In this document: positions 10,424 through 19,813 of the stretch, in pieces
Numbering within the stretch: position 1 is the first letter of the stretch
How the letters are laid out: the number at the start of each line of letters is the position of its first letter
Translations under genes and position numbers: made by a program
The notes under the pieces: generated by a model
Database searches by the model: none
Told to the model about the DNA's origin: nothing
What the model saw: only the letters and a program-made list of their open reading frames with translations
NCBI GenBank assembly: GCA_021107455.1
Contig: JAIOSU010000212.1
Location: forward strand, 5,123-69,122
Direction of reading: 5' to 3'
DNA length: 64,000 nt
Source of the DNA: Clostridiales bacterium
GTDB taxonomy: Bacteria; Bacillota; Clostridia; Peptostreptococcales; Acidaminobacteraceae

Positions 10424-11329
10424 ATGAAAGTAGGTCATAAGATGAAAGAATTTGAATTTAAAAAAATACAGGTAAGAAATGAAGTCTTGGCATATAGAGA
10501 AGGTGGCAAGGGAGAGAGAAACCTTTTATTGATTCATGGCAATATGTCTTCATCGCTTCATTTCGATAAACTGATGGATGAGCTTTATGACAACTTCAAG
10601 ATTTTTGCGGTGGACATGAGAGGTTTTGGTCATTCGTCTTATCATGAGCGTTTTGACAGTTTGAAAGATCTCAGTGAAGATCTCGAATTTTTCGTGGATA
10701 AACTCAGACTTAAAGATATTGAACTGGTGGGCTGGTCCACCGGCGGCGGTGTGGCAATGCAGTTCGCATGCGACAACCCAGATATGGTAAAAAGAATCGT
10801 ATTACTTGAAAGTGTCGGCATCAAAGGATACCCTATGTTTAAAAGGGATTCAAATGGTCAGCCGATCCTCGATCAATTGCTTATGACGAAAGATGAAATT
10901 GAAATGGATCCTATCCAAGTCGCTCCAGTATTGAGGGCTCTTGAGTCTGGAGATGCGAAGTTTTACAAAATGCTTTGGAATATGGCAATTTACACTGCGG
11001 GCAATACGCCTGATGAAGATGATTATGATCGATATATCAAAGAAATGCTCTTGCAAAGAAATCTTGTGGATGTGGATTATGCACTCACCAGATTCAATTT
11101 ATCCAGTGAACATAACGGATATTCACTAGGTACAAATGAAATATCGAAAATAAAGTGTCCAGTTGTCGTTGTTCAGGGAGATAAAGATTTGGTTGTTCCA
11201 ATGTCAATGGCCGAAGGCATCTATGATGCCCTTAAACCAAACGCCAGACTTGAAATACTAGAAAACTCTGCTCACAATCCAATGGTGGACAGGCTTGATA
11301 AAGTTGTTGAAATCATTAAGGGGAACTAG
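10424..11329 (+). CDS. Alpha/beta-fold hydrolase
   Basis: LLIHGNMSS...GWSTGGGVAMQFA (nucleophile elbow G-x-S-x-G)...AHNPMV. The start may instead be ATG 10442. Confidence 0.7.
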   Translation: MKVGHKMKEFEFKKIQVRNEVLAYREGGKGERNLLLIHGNMSSSLHFDKLMDELYDNFKIFAVDMRGFGHSSYHERFDSLKDLSEDLEFFVDKLRLKDIELVGWSTGGGVAMQFACDNPDMVKRIVLLESVGIKGYPMFKRDSNGQPILDQLLMTKDEIEMDPIQVAPVLRALESGDAKFYKMLWNMAIYTAGNTPDEDDYDRYIKEMLLQRNLVDVDYALTRFNLSSEHNGYSLGTNEISKIKCPVVVVQGDKDLVVPMSMAEGIYDALKPNARLEILENSAHNPMVDRLDKVVEIIKGN

Positions 11330-11330
11330 C

Positions 11331-12149
11331 ATGGCATTTTTGAAAACAAATAACGGCAAAGTGTATTATGAAGTTCACGGTGAAAGTGCAAAAACATTGA
11401 TGATCCTCAATGGCATCATGATGAGCAGTGCAAGCTGGAAACCGTTTCTCACTTATCTTGTAAATCATGTGAAAGTGGTTCTTGTCGATTTTTTCGACCA
11501 GGGGAAATCAGAATATTTGGATGCTGATTACGACCAAACCATTCAGTCTGAACTCGTGAGTGATATCATCAATGGACTGAACCTTAAGTCGGTGACTCTT
11601 CTTGGGATATCCTATGGTGGAGAAGTGGCTATGAATTTTGTGACACGATATCCAGGAGTGATAGAAAATTTGATTCTAGCCAATACGACGGCTTATACGG
11701 GGAAACAACTGAAAGCAATTGGTGTGAACTGGATTCATGCGGCCTCTACCTATGATGGCAAGAAATTTTTTAGTGCAACCATTCCACATATCTATTCCAC
11801 AGGATTCTACGAATCAAGGGCGGATTGGTTGGAGGCTAGAGAAAAAATGTTTGATCAATTGTTTGACGATAGATGGTACGAGGGATTCATCCGTCTGGTT
11901 CGAAGTGCTGAGACCCATGATGAACGGGAAAATTTGAAGTATATCAATGTACCCACACTAGTCATTGGAGCAAGTGAGGATATCATAACGCCATTATCTT
12001 GTCAAAAAGAGATTGTCGAGAACATCCCGGATTCGAAGTTTCTTGTGATAGAAAATTGTGGTCACGCATCGATGTATGAAAAGCCAACCGAATTTTTCAG
12101 CAGTGTCATCGGGTTTGTCTATACAGCCGGTTGCACCTTCAAAATATAA
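11331..12149 (+). CDS. Alpha/beta-fold hydrolase (second, tandem)
   Basis: LNGIMMSS...GISYGGEVAMNF...CGHASMYEKP. ATG at 11331 lies immediately after the stop of the previous gene. Confidence 0.7.
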   Translation: MAFLKTNNGKVYYEVHGESAKTLMILNGIMMSSASWKPFLTYLVNHVKVVLVDFFDQGKSEYLDADYDQTIQSELVSDIINGLNLKSVTLLGISYGGEVAMNFVTRYPGVIENLILANTTAYTGKQLKAIGVNWIHAASTYDGKKFFSATIPHIYSTGFYESRADWLEAREKMFDQLFDDRWYEGFIRLVRSAETHDERENLKYINVPTLVIGASEDIITPLSCQKEIVENIPDSKFLVIENCGHASMYEKPTEFFSSVIGFVYTAGCTFKI

Positions 12150-12156
12150 AAGAATT

Positions 12157-12180
12157 CACCCATTTCGGGTGTTTTTTTTT
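12157..12180 (+). terminator. Intrinsic terminator
   Basis: CACCC-atttc-GGGTG followed by a 9-T run. Confidence 0.75.
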
Positions 12181-12293
12181 GTGTGTGTCACCAAAACTTA
12201 ATATTATGAACGTATAACTTAGTGAAAACAATTTTGGGACTTCAGTGATATAATGAAACATAATGTCATGCATAATCATCATTGGAGGATTAG

Positions 12294-12965
12294 ATGGATT
12301 CAATATCTGCGAAAGAAGCCAAGATAGATCCCGTATCTAGAGAGGTTTTTATAAAAGAACACATTCCGTTTGTAATTTACACGGTTTCATCAGTAACGGG
12401 AAGATACATAAGCACAGAAAATGACATGGAATATTCAATTGGCCTTGAAGCCCTGAATAATGCCATAGATGCTTATGACGGATCAACAAGTAAATTTGAG
12501 ACTTTTGCCACTACAGTCATCAAAAATAGAGTCATTGATTTTTTGAGAAAAGAGAATCGAAAAGGTTATCAGCTTTCAGAATCGGATGTCATGGAAGCTA
12601 TCATGGATGAGAGTGATTCAGTGGATATGCGCATGGAAATCGCTGAATTCACCGAGCATTTGAAAAAATTCGGTTTCACGTTCGATGATCTGGTGGATGT
12701 CAGTCCCAAGCATGTGGATTCAAGGAAAAGGGCAATCAGGCTTGGCATGAGGATATCTGAAAACGAAAATTTCATGACTTATATCTATAAGGAACTAAAA
12801 TTGCCGGTTTCAAATATTGTCAAGTTGTTCAAAGAGAGTAGAAGATTTGTATATTTACACAACAAATATATTTTATCAATAGCAGTGATTTTCGATAAAG
12901 ACTATTCCATCATAAAAGAGTGGATCGGAGATGTGATAAGGGGTGATGAGTATGAGAGCCAGTAA
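12294..12965 (+). CDS. sigI: RNA polymerase sigma factor, SigI type
   Basis: Sigma-70 region 2 (FATTVIKNRVIDFLRKE) plus the SigI-type C-terminal part (FGFTFDDLVDVSPKHVDSRKRAI...YLHNKYILSIAVIF). Followed by an RsgI_N-type anti-sigma gene. GGAGG RBS. Confidence 0.8.
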   Translation: MDSISAKEAKIDPVSREVFIKEHIPFVIYTVSSVTGRYISTENDMEYSIGLEALNNAIDAYDGSTSKFETFATTVIKNRVIDFLRKENRKGYQLSESDVMEAIMDESDSVDMRMEIAEFTEHLKKFGFTFDDLVDVSPKHVDSRKRAIRLGMRISENENFMTYIYKELKLPVSNIVKLFKESRRFVYLHNKYILSIAVIFDKDYSIIKEWIGDVIRGDEYESQ

Positions 12966-13917
12966 AGGCAAAATAATGGAAATATTAGAATCTCATGCAG
13001 TGGTTATGACTAGTGATGGCCATTTCAACCGCATCAAAAGAAAAGACTCCATGAGAATCGGAGCTGATGTGATTTACACATCCAGTGATTTAGTGGAAAA
13101 ACCTTCCTCAAAAAAGGGATGGGTCTTTGGTTTGAAGGCGCAAGTAGCCGTTGCCATGTTTGTATTGCTCACACTTGTTATGTCACAAATCGCTATGCCG
13201 GCTGCATATGCCGTCGTTTCACTGGATATCAATCCGAGTCTTCAAATCACTGTGGATGAATCCAGAAAAGTCGTAGGCATTGATCCGATGAATACCGAGG
13301 CCGATGAACTGCTTGAAGCTTACGTGATTGGTGAAGATAAGGATCTTCATGCGGTCATCAATGAGCTCATAAAGCTATCGAATGCCATGGGTTATCTGAC
13401 TAGTGAGAACCATAATGTGATTCTTGCAACTGCAATGGTTGATAGAAAAAATTCCAAATCCAGCTCAGATGAGCTTATGACTGAGATTTTGGATGTAATA
13501 GAAAAGACCGAATATACCTTTGATTTCACTTTGGTATCCACGGTTCGAGAATCGAGTGAACTTAAGAATGCGAAAAGTGAAGGATTGTCACTTGGTCGTT
13601 ATGCTATGGCCAAAGAAAACTTCTTACCACCAGGTCAAGAGAAAAAGATAGAAGAACCAGCAGAAACAGAACCGGTTGCTCTTGATGCAGAACCTCAAAT
13701 TGAAGAGGAAGAAAAACCTACTATACCACCTGGACAAGAGAAGAAAGTTGAAGAAAGCAAAAATATAGATAACGAAAAACCTGTCCCACCAGGACAAGCG
13801 ATCAAAGAACAAAATACACCATCCAAATTTGTAATCACCGAAAAGAAAGCGAAACAATCAAATGACAATAATGGCAATGGAAAAGGAAACAATAAAGGTG
13901 GAGGAAAAGGCAATTGA
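12952..13917 (+). CDS. rsgI: Anti-sigma-I factor RsgI-like. It has an N-terminal RsgI_N domain, one TM segment, a juxtamembrane domain and a low-complexity tail
   Basis: KGKIMEILESHAVVMTSDGHFNRIKRK (RsgI N-terminal signature). TM segment VAVAMFVLLTLVMSQIAMPAAYA. Overlaps the sigI end. Alternative starts at 12943 and 12946. Confidence 0.75.
   Translation: MRASKGKIMEILESHAVVMTSDGHFNRIKRKDSMRIGADVIYTSSDLVEKPSSKKGWVFGLKAQVAVAMFVLLTLVMSQIAMPAAYAVVSLDINPSLQITVDESRKVVGIDPMNTEADELLEAYVIGEDKDLHAVINELIKLSNAMGYLTSENHNVILATAMVDRKNSKSSSDELMTEILDVIEKTEYTFDFTLVSTVRESSELKNAKSEGLSLGRYAMAKENFLPPGQEKKIEEPAETEPVALDAEPQIEEEEKPTIPPGQEKKVEESKNIDNEKPVPPGQAIKEQNTPSKFVITEKKAKQSNDNNGNGKGNNKGGGKGN
13627..13815 (+). repeat. 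Three in-frame PPGQ(E/A)(K/I)K repeats inside rsgI
   Basis: PPGQEKKIEE (from 13627), PPGQEKKVEE (from 13726), PPGQAIKEQ (from 13786). Followed by a G/N/K-rich tail, NDNNGNGKGNNKGGGKGN. Confidence 0.8.
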
Positions 13918-13981
13918 TTTGATGTGCTCCAGAGTAAATCTGTGATATAATATTGAAAGATTACTGACTGGAGACATACAA

Positions 13982-15517
13982 ATGAAAAATAAATTCGCAA
14001 GAAATTTAGGAATATTAGGCATCATCGGCATATTGATCAAAATCATTGGGGCACTTTATCGTGTCCCTCTTGCTGTGTTTATGACAGAAGATGCGGTAGC
14101 ATATTATTCGCTCGCATACCCGTGGTACAACATGTTGATTGTTCTCTCATCAGCGGCTATTCCCGCCGTAATTGCAAAATTGACGGCTGAAGCCGTTGCG
14201 AACGATGACATCTCATCGGGACTCGACGTTTTGTCGGTAGCAAAAATGCTGATGAATTTTTTTGGTCTGTTTACAGCGCTTTTTCTGATTGGGTTTGCAA
14301 AAATCATATCTGGAGCTCTGGGGTTCCCGGAAAGCACCTATTCATTTTATGTGCTGGGGGTCGCCTCGTATTTTGTGGCGATCAATGCGAGCTATAGAGG
14401 CTTCTTTCAAGGTGAGCAGAGATTGCAGATCTATGGTGTGTCACAATTGATTGAACAGATTGGTCGAGTGACTTTTGGACTGGCGCTTGTAGTCATATTT
14501 GCAGGATTGTCTTTAGGTGACAGTATGCTGGCTGCCGCTGGAACATCAGGAGCCGCTTTCGGAGCTCTATCCAGTTGGGCATATGTAGTAGTCAAATTCA
14601 GGAAATTTCATCCTGGAGGAAAACATAAAGTAAAAGATGTTCGTGCGGTGATGAAGAAAATCGGAAAATTGGTGTTGCCACTTGCTATGGGCGCCTCAAT
14701 CATGCCGCTGCTTTCCATGATCGATGGGGTGCTTGTAATCTGGAGACTCGGTCAAATTGGATATGCCGCCGAATCGGCGATCATGTATTCTTTTGTATCA
14801 TTTTATTCCGCACCGATCATCAATCTGTCACAAGTGGTATTCTCAGCACTTCAGGTGAGTTTGCTTCCAATGGTGACCAAAAGTTTCACGAGACGAAGTC
14901 CGGAACTGTCCCATCAGATTCAGTTCGGAATTTTACTTTCAATACTGCTCGGTCTTCCAATGGGGCTTGGCATAGCGGCATTTTCTGAACAAATATTACT
15001 TTTCCTATATCCATCAAAAGTTGATGTTGCAATGGGTGCCGCATCGGTGCTATCAATCCTTGGGCTCTCGATCGTATTTCTATCGCTTTATCTGGCTACG
15101 ACGAGCATCCTGCAAGGACTCAATGAATACAAGAGACCTGTCAGACACCTTTTGATCGGAGCAATTGTAAAAGTAATAGCCGCTTATGTGTTGATCGGCA
15201 CACCATCAATAAACATCAATGGTGCGGCAATCTCAACTTTGCTTGCATACGCTGTGGCGGCTGTACTGAATCTGTGGCGGGTTTATAGTATTCAGCCACC
15301 AGATTATCAGACCATGAAGAAAATCGGGCTCACGCTACTCAGCAACGCTCTGATGATCATATCCGCGACAAGTTTGTTTGGAAGACTCGAAGGAACGCTT
15401 CCTATGAGATTGAATTTGTTGGTTTCAATATTTGCAGCAGTACTGGTTTATGTGGTGTCCATTTACTTGTTCAAGGTGATCATTAAACAGGATTTTGAAA
15501 ATTTAGGTCAAAGTTAA
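13982..15517 (+). CDS. MOP-superfamily polysaccharide/lipid II flippase-like protein (MurJ/SpoVB/YtgP family)
   Basis: 511 aa with about 14 predicted TM helices. N-terminus FARNLGILGIIGILIKIIGALYRVPL is typical of the SpoVB/YtgP family. Confidence 0.7.
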   Translation: MKNKFARNLGILGIIGILIKIIGALYRVPLAVFMTEDAVAYYSLAYPWYNMLIVLSSAAIPAVIAKLTAEAVANDDISSGLDVLSVAKMLMNFFGLFTALFLIGFAKIISGALGFPESTYSFYVLGVASYFVAINASYRGFFQGEQRLQIYGVSQLIEQIGRVTFGLALVVIFAGLSLGDSMLAAAGTSGAAFGALSSWAYVVVKFRKFHPGGKHKVKDVRAVMKKIGKLVLPLAMGASIMPLLSMIDGVLVIWRLGQIGYAAESAIMYSFVSFYSAPIINLSQVVFSALQVSLLPMVTKSFTRRSPELSHQIQFGILLSILLGLPMGLGIAAFSEQILLFLYPSKVDVAMGAASVLSILGLSIVFLSLYLATTSILQGLNEYKRPVRHLLIGAIVKVIAAYVLIGTPSININGAAISTLLAYAVAAVLNLWRVYSIQPPDYQTMKKIGLTLLSNALMIISATSLFGRLEGTLPMRLNLLVSIFAAVLVYVVSIYLFKVIIKQDFENLGQS

Positions 15518-15519
15518 GC

Positions 15520-15554
15520 AAAAAAAGAACTTGCGAAAGCAAGTTCTTTTTTTT
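15520..15554. terminator. Bidirectional intrinsic terminator between convergent genes
   Basis: A-run, GAACTTGC-gaaa-GCAAGTTC, T-run. Confidence 0.8.
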
Positions 15555-16401
15555 ATAACATAGCGAGCATAAGCTCTCTTATGACTTTACATGCCGTTGC
15601 CGTACTGACACCGGTTTGGTCGTAATGAGGAGATAATTCCACCACATCGGCTCCAATGATATTGAGACCGGTGATGGTTTTCAGAATCTTGATCATATCA
15701 CCAAAGAAAATTCCACCTGGTTCAGGCGTACCTGTTCCGGAAAAAATAGAAGGATCGAAAACATCAAGATCAATGGTGATGTAAACCGGTTCATCGCTTC
15801 CAATAGAGTTTACAACAGACTCCAGGGTTTCATAACCGAATTTTTCGAGATGGGTATGAGATTTCGCCCATTCGAATTCTGCTCTTTCACCAGAACGGAT
15901 CCCGAACTGGAAAATAGTTCCGTCGCCCATGAAGTCCCAAGAGCGTCTGATGACAGCGGAGTGGGAAAGAGGTTCGCCCATATACTGGTCACGAAGGTCT
16001 GCATGTGCATCAAAGTGCAATAGTTTCATGTTAGGATATTTCTTGTATGCCGCTCGGATTGAGCCAAGTGAAACGAGATGCTCGCCACCGATCAGAAAAG
16101 GTTTTTTTCCTGCGCTGAGAATTTCTGTAGTTGTATCTTCAATCATTTGGAGTGATTTTTCAGCATTACCAAAAGGCAAATCCAGATTGCCTATATCGGT
16201 GAGTGCGTAATCAGTCAAATCCTTTTCATTGTACGGGCTATAGGTTTCCAGACCGTAGGAATCCATTCTGATATAATCCGGTGCAAAACGCGTACCGGGC
16301 CTGAATGAAGTCGTGGAGTCAAACGGTGCTCCGAAAATAATGAGTTCTGATTCTTCAAATGAGGAATCGCAACCTATAAAAGTATGGATATTCGAATGCA
16401 T
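15553..16401 (-). CDS. speB: Agmatinase
   Basis: Ureohydrolase motifs GGEHLVS, DAHADL, ITIDLDVFDP. Last gene of the polyamine operon. Confidence 0.88.
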   Translation of the reverse strand: MHSNIHTFIGCDSSFEESELIIFGAPFDSTTSFRPGTRFAPDYIRMDSYGLETYSPYNEKDLTDYALTDIGNLDLPFGNAEKSLQMIEDTTTEILSAGKKPFLIGGEHLVSLGSIRAAYKKYPNMKLLHFDAHADLRDQYMGEPLSHSAVIRRSWDFMGDGTIFQFGIRSGERAEFEWAKSHTHLEKFGYETLESVVNSIGSDEPVYITIDLDVFDPSIFSGTGTPEPGGIFFGDMIKILKTITGLNIIGADVVELSPHYDQTGVSTATACKVIRELMLAML

Positions 16402-16410
16402 TCTATGCTC

Positions 16411-17256
16411 CTATTCTTCAAGCATCTTCTTTACGAAAGTAGGGAGCGCGAAACACCCTAAATGTAAGTCAGTGTTGTAGTATTTGGTTTCAAGACCAAG
16501 CTTTGTCCATGCCTCTGGATTAAAATCCTTGATAGGATCGAGTCTTTTTGAAGCAAAACCAAACAGCCAATGTCCTGATGGGTACGTAGGCATATGGAAC
16601 TGATAAACCTTACTAATTGGAAAAATCTTTTTGATCTTTGAGTGTGAACGCTTCATTTCGCGGGCGTAGCCTGGGTAATAAGGGCTCTCGTGCTGGTTGA
16701 TCAAAATGCCGTTTTCAGAAAGAGCGGCATAGCAATCGTTGTAGAAGGCTTCAGAAAAAAGACCTTCACCAGGACCGATTGGGTCTGTTGAATCCACTAA
16801 TATCAAATCGTAGACATTTTCTTTGCCATGAATGAATTTCAATCCATCTTCAAAATAAAGACTTACTCTAGGATCTGTAAGTTTTGAGGCAGTAATCGGA
16901 AGGTATTTCTCACAAGCGCGAACGACCATTTCGTCGATTTCGACCATATCGATCTTCTCGATATGAGGATATCTAGTAAGTTCTCTCACTGTGCCGCCGT
17001 CACCACCACCGATGACAAGAACGCGCTTGATATCAGGGTTAGTTGCCATTGCAACATGTGTAATCATATCATGATAAACGAATTCGTCTTTCTCGTTGAC
17101 CATCATGAGACCGTCAAGAGTGAAAAATGTGCCGAATTCCTCAGATTCAAAGAAATCAATTTGTTGAAAAGGGCTCGTTTCAGAGTAAAAGTGTTTTTTT
17201 ACCTTAATTGAAAAATCTACGGTGTCCGTGTGTTTTTCTGTGTACCAAAGTTCCAT
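16411..17256 (-). CDS. speE: Spermidine synthase
   Basis: MELWYTEKH...VLVIGGGDGGTVRE...VDSTDPIGPGEGLF. AAGGAGG RBS precedes the internal ATG at 17256. Confidence 0.9.
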   Translation of the reverse strand: MELWYTEKHTDTVDFSIKVKKHFYSETSPFQQIDFFESEEFGTFFTLDGLMMVNEKDEFVYHDMITHVAMATNPDIKRVLVIGGGDGGTVRELTRYPHIEKIDMVEIDEMVVRACEKYLPITASKLTDPRVSLYFEDGLKFIHGKENVYDLILVDSTDPIGPGEGLFSEAFYNDCYAALSENGILINQHESPYYPGYAREMKRSHSKIKKIFPISKVYQFHMPTYPSGHWLFGFASKRLDPIKDFNPEAWTKLGLETKYYNTDLHLGCFALPTFVKKMLEE

Positions 17257-17270
17257 TTTTACCTCCTTAG

Positions 17271-18716
17271 TCACTTAATGACTTTAATGGTGTTTGCTTC
17301 TGGATCTTCCATGCCGGTGATAATACCATGGGAAGATTTGAAAAGCTTGATTTGTTCGATGACGGAAGCATTGATGAGTTCGCCGTAACTGACGACAGGT
17401 ATCCCCGGGGGATAACTCATCAGTGATTCACCGCTGATTCTTCCGGCGGTGTCCTCGAGAAGGACAACGTCCTTTTCAGCGTAGAATGCCTCTCTTGGTG
17501 TTAATACCACTTCAGGGTAATGTAAATCTATTTTTTTATATTCGATTCTCTCACCATGGAATTTTGATTGAATATCTGTGAGTGCATCAATCAGTGCATC
17601 CACGTGATCGTAATCATCTCCGAGGCTTAAAATAGCTAGTGAGTTGAATATGTCACCGGTTTCCATTTGGATATTGTACTCGTCTCTTAGCAAATCGTAG
17701 AGTTCCATACCGTTGAGACCCATATTTCTAGTGGTCACACTGAGTTTTGTTGGGTCGAAATTGAATATGCCTGGATTTCCGATGGATTCACGTCCGATAG
17801 CATAACAACCGGGAATCTCATTGATTTTCTTTCGTGCGTATTCCGCCACTTCAATAATATGATCAAGCATGGCTTCTCCATGAAGTGCAAGTTGTTTTCT
17901 GGCTACATCCAGTGAACCCATAAGCAAATAGGATGGACTCGTGGTCTGCATGAGGTTGATGACTTTACGGACATAATGGCCGTCAATCACTCGATCGTTG
18001 ACGAGAAGTGCTGAACTTTGTGTCAAAGAACCTCCTGTTTTATGAAGACTGACTGCAGAAACATCCGCTCCAGCCTGCATACCACTGAGTGGAAATGAAT
18101 CATTGAAGTGAAAATGTGTGCCATGAGCCTCGTCGACGAGAACCAACATATCTCTTGAATGGCAATATTCCACAACGGCCTTCAAATCACAAACCGCACC
18201 ATAATAGGTCGGGTTGATGATGAATACCGCTTTTGCATCAGGGTGAGCTGTATAAGCTTTTTCAAGAGATTCGAGTGTGATGTTATGTGAGACACCCATC
18301 TCTTCGTCGATTTCAGGTTCCATATATACCGGAAGCGCTCCACATAATATGAGAGCGTTGATGGCTGATTTGTGTACATTTCGTGGAAGAATAATTTTGT
18401 CTCCACTTCGGACAGCAGCCATGATCATAACCTGAACGGCGAATGATGTGCCGTTGACGATAAAATATCCGTGGTCTGCACCGAATGCGTCTGCAAGCAA
18501 AGCTTCAGCATCTTTGATAACTCCAATAGGGTTGCCTAGAAAATCCAGGGGCTTCATTGAGTTGACATCCAGCTCAAGCATGGCGTCGCCAAAATAGTCT
18601 TTATATTCCTTCAGTCCTCGGCCATGTTTGTGACCAGGAACGTCAAATGGAATCACTTTGCGATCTCTGTATTCTTGCATGGCTGTAAAGACAGGTGTTT
18701 TTTTATGATCAAACAT
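17271..18716 (-). CDS. speA: PLP-dependent arginine (Orn/Lys/Arg family) decarboxylase
   Basis: FDVPGHKHGRG...SLHKTGGSLTQSS (PLP lysine region). About 480 aa, like the B. subtilis SpeA type. Operon context with speB and speE. Confidence 0.8.
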   Translation of the reverse strand: MFDHKKTPVFTAMQEYRDRKVIPFDVPGHKHGRGLKEYKDYFGDAMLELDVNSMKPLDFLGNPIGVIKDAEALLADAFGADHGYFIVNGTSFAVQVMIMAAVRSGDKIILPRNVHKSAINALILCGALPVYMEPEIDEEMGVSHNITLESLEKAYTAHPDAKAVFIINPTYYGAVCDLKAVVEYCHSRDMLVLVDEAHGTHFHFNDSFPLSGMQAGADVSAVSLHKTGGSLTQSSALLVNDRVIDGHYVRKVINLMQTTSPSYLLMGSLDVARKQLALHGEAMLDHIIEVAEYARKKINEIPGCYAIGRESIGNPGIFNFDPTKLSVTTRNMGLNGMELYDLLRDEYNIQMETGDIFNSLAILSLGDDYDHVDALIDALTDIQSKFHGERIEYKKIDLHYPEVVLTPREAFYAEKDVVLLEDTAGRISGESLMSYPPGIPVVSYGELINASVIEQIKLFKSSHGIITGMEDPEANTIKVIK

Positions 18717-18741
18717 TTATAACCTCCTTTTACAGGGTGTT

Positions 18742-19554
18742 TTAGATTTTGCTGATGTTTCTTCCATAATAGATTTCTGCCATTTCCTTTTTGAGTTTTG
18801 TCATGATCTCTCTTTGGTCTTTAGGTGGCAGTTCATCTTTGGACACAGCAAAAAGATAGTTGTTGAGTTCAAAATCCTTCAACATCATTTTGGTGTGGAA
18901 TATATTTTCCTGATAAACGTTGACGTCAATCAATTGATATTTGTTCAGGGTTCTTTTGGCAATATAATTTTGGATGGAATTGATGTTGTGGTCTATGAAA
19001 AGTTTTTGACCAGTGGCATCTCTTGTAAATCCTCTTACTCTATAATCTGCAGTGATGATGTCCGAGTCAAAGCTGTCAATCAGATAGTTGAGTGCTTTAA
19101 GTGGAGAAATCTGGCCACATGTGGAAACATCGATATCCACTCTGAACGTGCTGATGCCGTTTTCAGGATGGTATTCAGGATATGTGTGGACAGTCAAGTG
19201 ACTTTTGTCAAGGTGTCCGACAACATGCTGAGGCACGTTGACCAGAACGCCTTTGTTGCAAGATGGATCAACAGCCTCATCCGGTACTTCCTCTTCGGAA
19301 ATAAGTATGGTGACGCTTGCGCCCTGTGGATCATAATCTTGCTTAGCAACATTCAGTACATGCGCACCTATCATTTTGGTGACATCCTGTAATATGTTCG
19401 TCAAACGCTCTGAATTGTATTGTTCATCGATATATTCGATGTATTTGATTCGATCTTCTGTTGTTCGCGTATAACAAATGTCGTAAATGTTGAAGCTCAA
19501 TGTCTTTGTGAGGTTGTTGAAACCATGGAGTTTGATTTTTTTATAACCTTTCAA
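18742..19554 (-). CDS. speD: S-adenosylmethionine decarboxylase proenzyme, long E. coli-type form
   Basis: [21 protein letters not shown] and [15 protein letters not shown] (self-cleavage K|S site) closely mirror E. coli SpeD. Confidence 0.88.
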   Translation of the reverse strand: MKGYKKIKLHGFNNLTKTLSFNIYDICYTRTTEDRIKYIEYIDEQYNSERLTNILQDVTKMIGAHVLNVAKQDYDPQGASVTILISEEEVPDEAVDPSCNKGVLVNVPQHVVGHLDKSHLTVHTYPEYHPENGISTFRVDIDVSTCGQISPLKALNYLIDSFDSDIITADYRVRGFTRDATGQKLFIDHNINSIQNYIAKRTLNKYQLIDVNVYQENIFHTKMMLKDFELNNYLFAVSKDELPPKDQREIMTKLKKEMAEIYYGRNISKI

Positions 19555-19770
19555 TTTAAACCCTCCTTAAACCTAATCCATTTCAAGCGTAAGCAAATGC
19601 ATCCGTTACTTAATACTTAAAATATTAACCGGTAAGTATACTAATACTGTTTTTTACACAAGTACAATTATAACAGAAAAACATAGAAATACTAGTGTTT
19701 TATCGATTTTATTTTTGTTATTTTTTAGTGACAAAAAAGCATAAAAAGATTTAAAATATTAAACTGGATT

Positions 19771-19796
19771 AAAAGAAAAACAGCGCTTTTGCGCTG
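19771..19796 (-). terminator. Intrinsic terminator of cadA
   Basis: CAGCGC-tttt-GCGCTG; on the minus strand it is followed by TTTTTCTTTT. Confidence 0.7.
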
Positions 19797-19813
19797 TTTG
19801 ATGGTTTGTATAT

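Noticed and set aside
12181-12293. A possible SigI-dependent autoregulatory promoter upstream of sigI (GTCACC...GAACGTAT region).
   Set aside because: My recollection of SigI promoter consensus elements (C-rich -35, CGAA-like -10) is not precise enough, and the match is loose. It needs comparison with orthologous loci.
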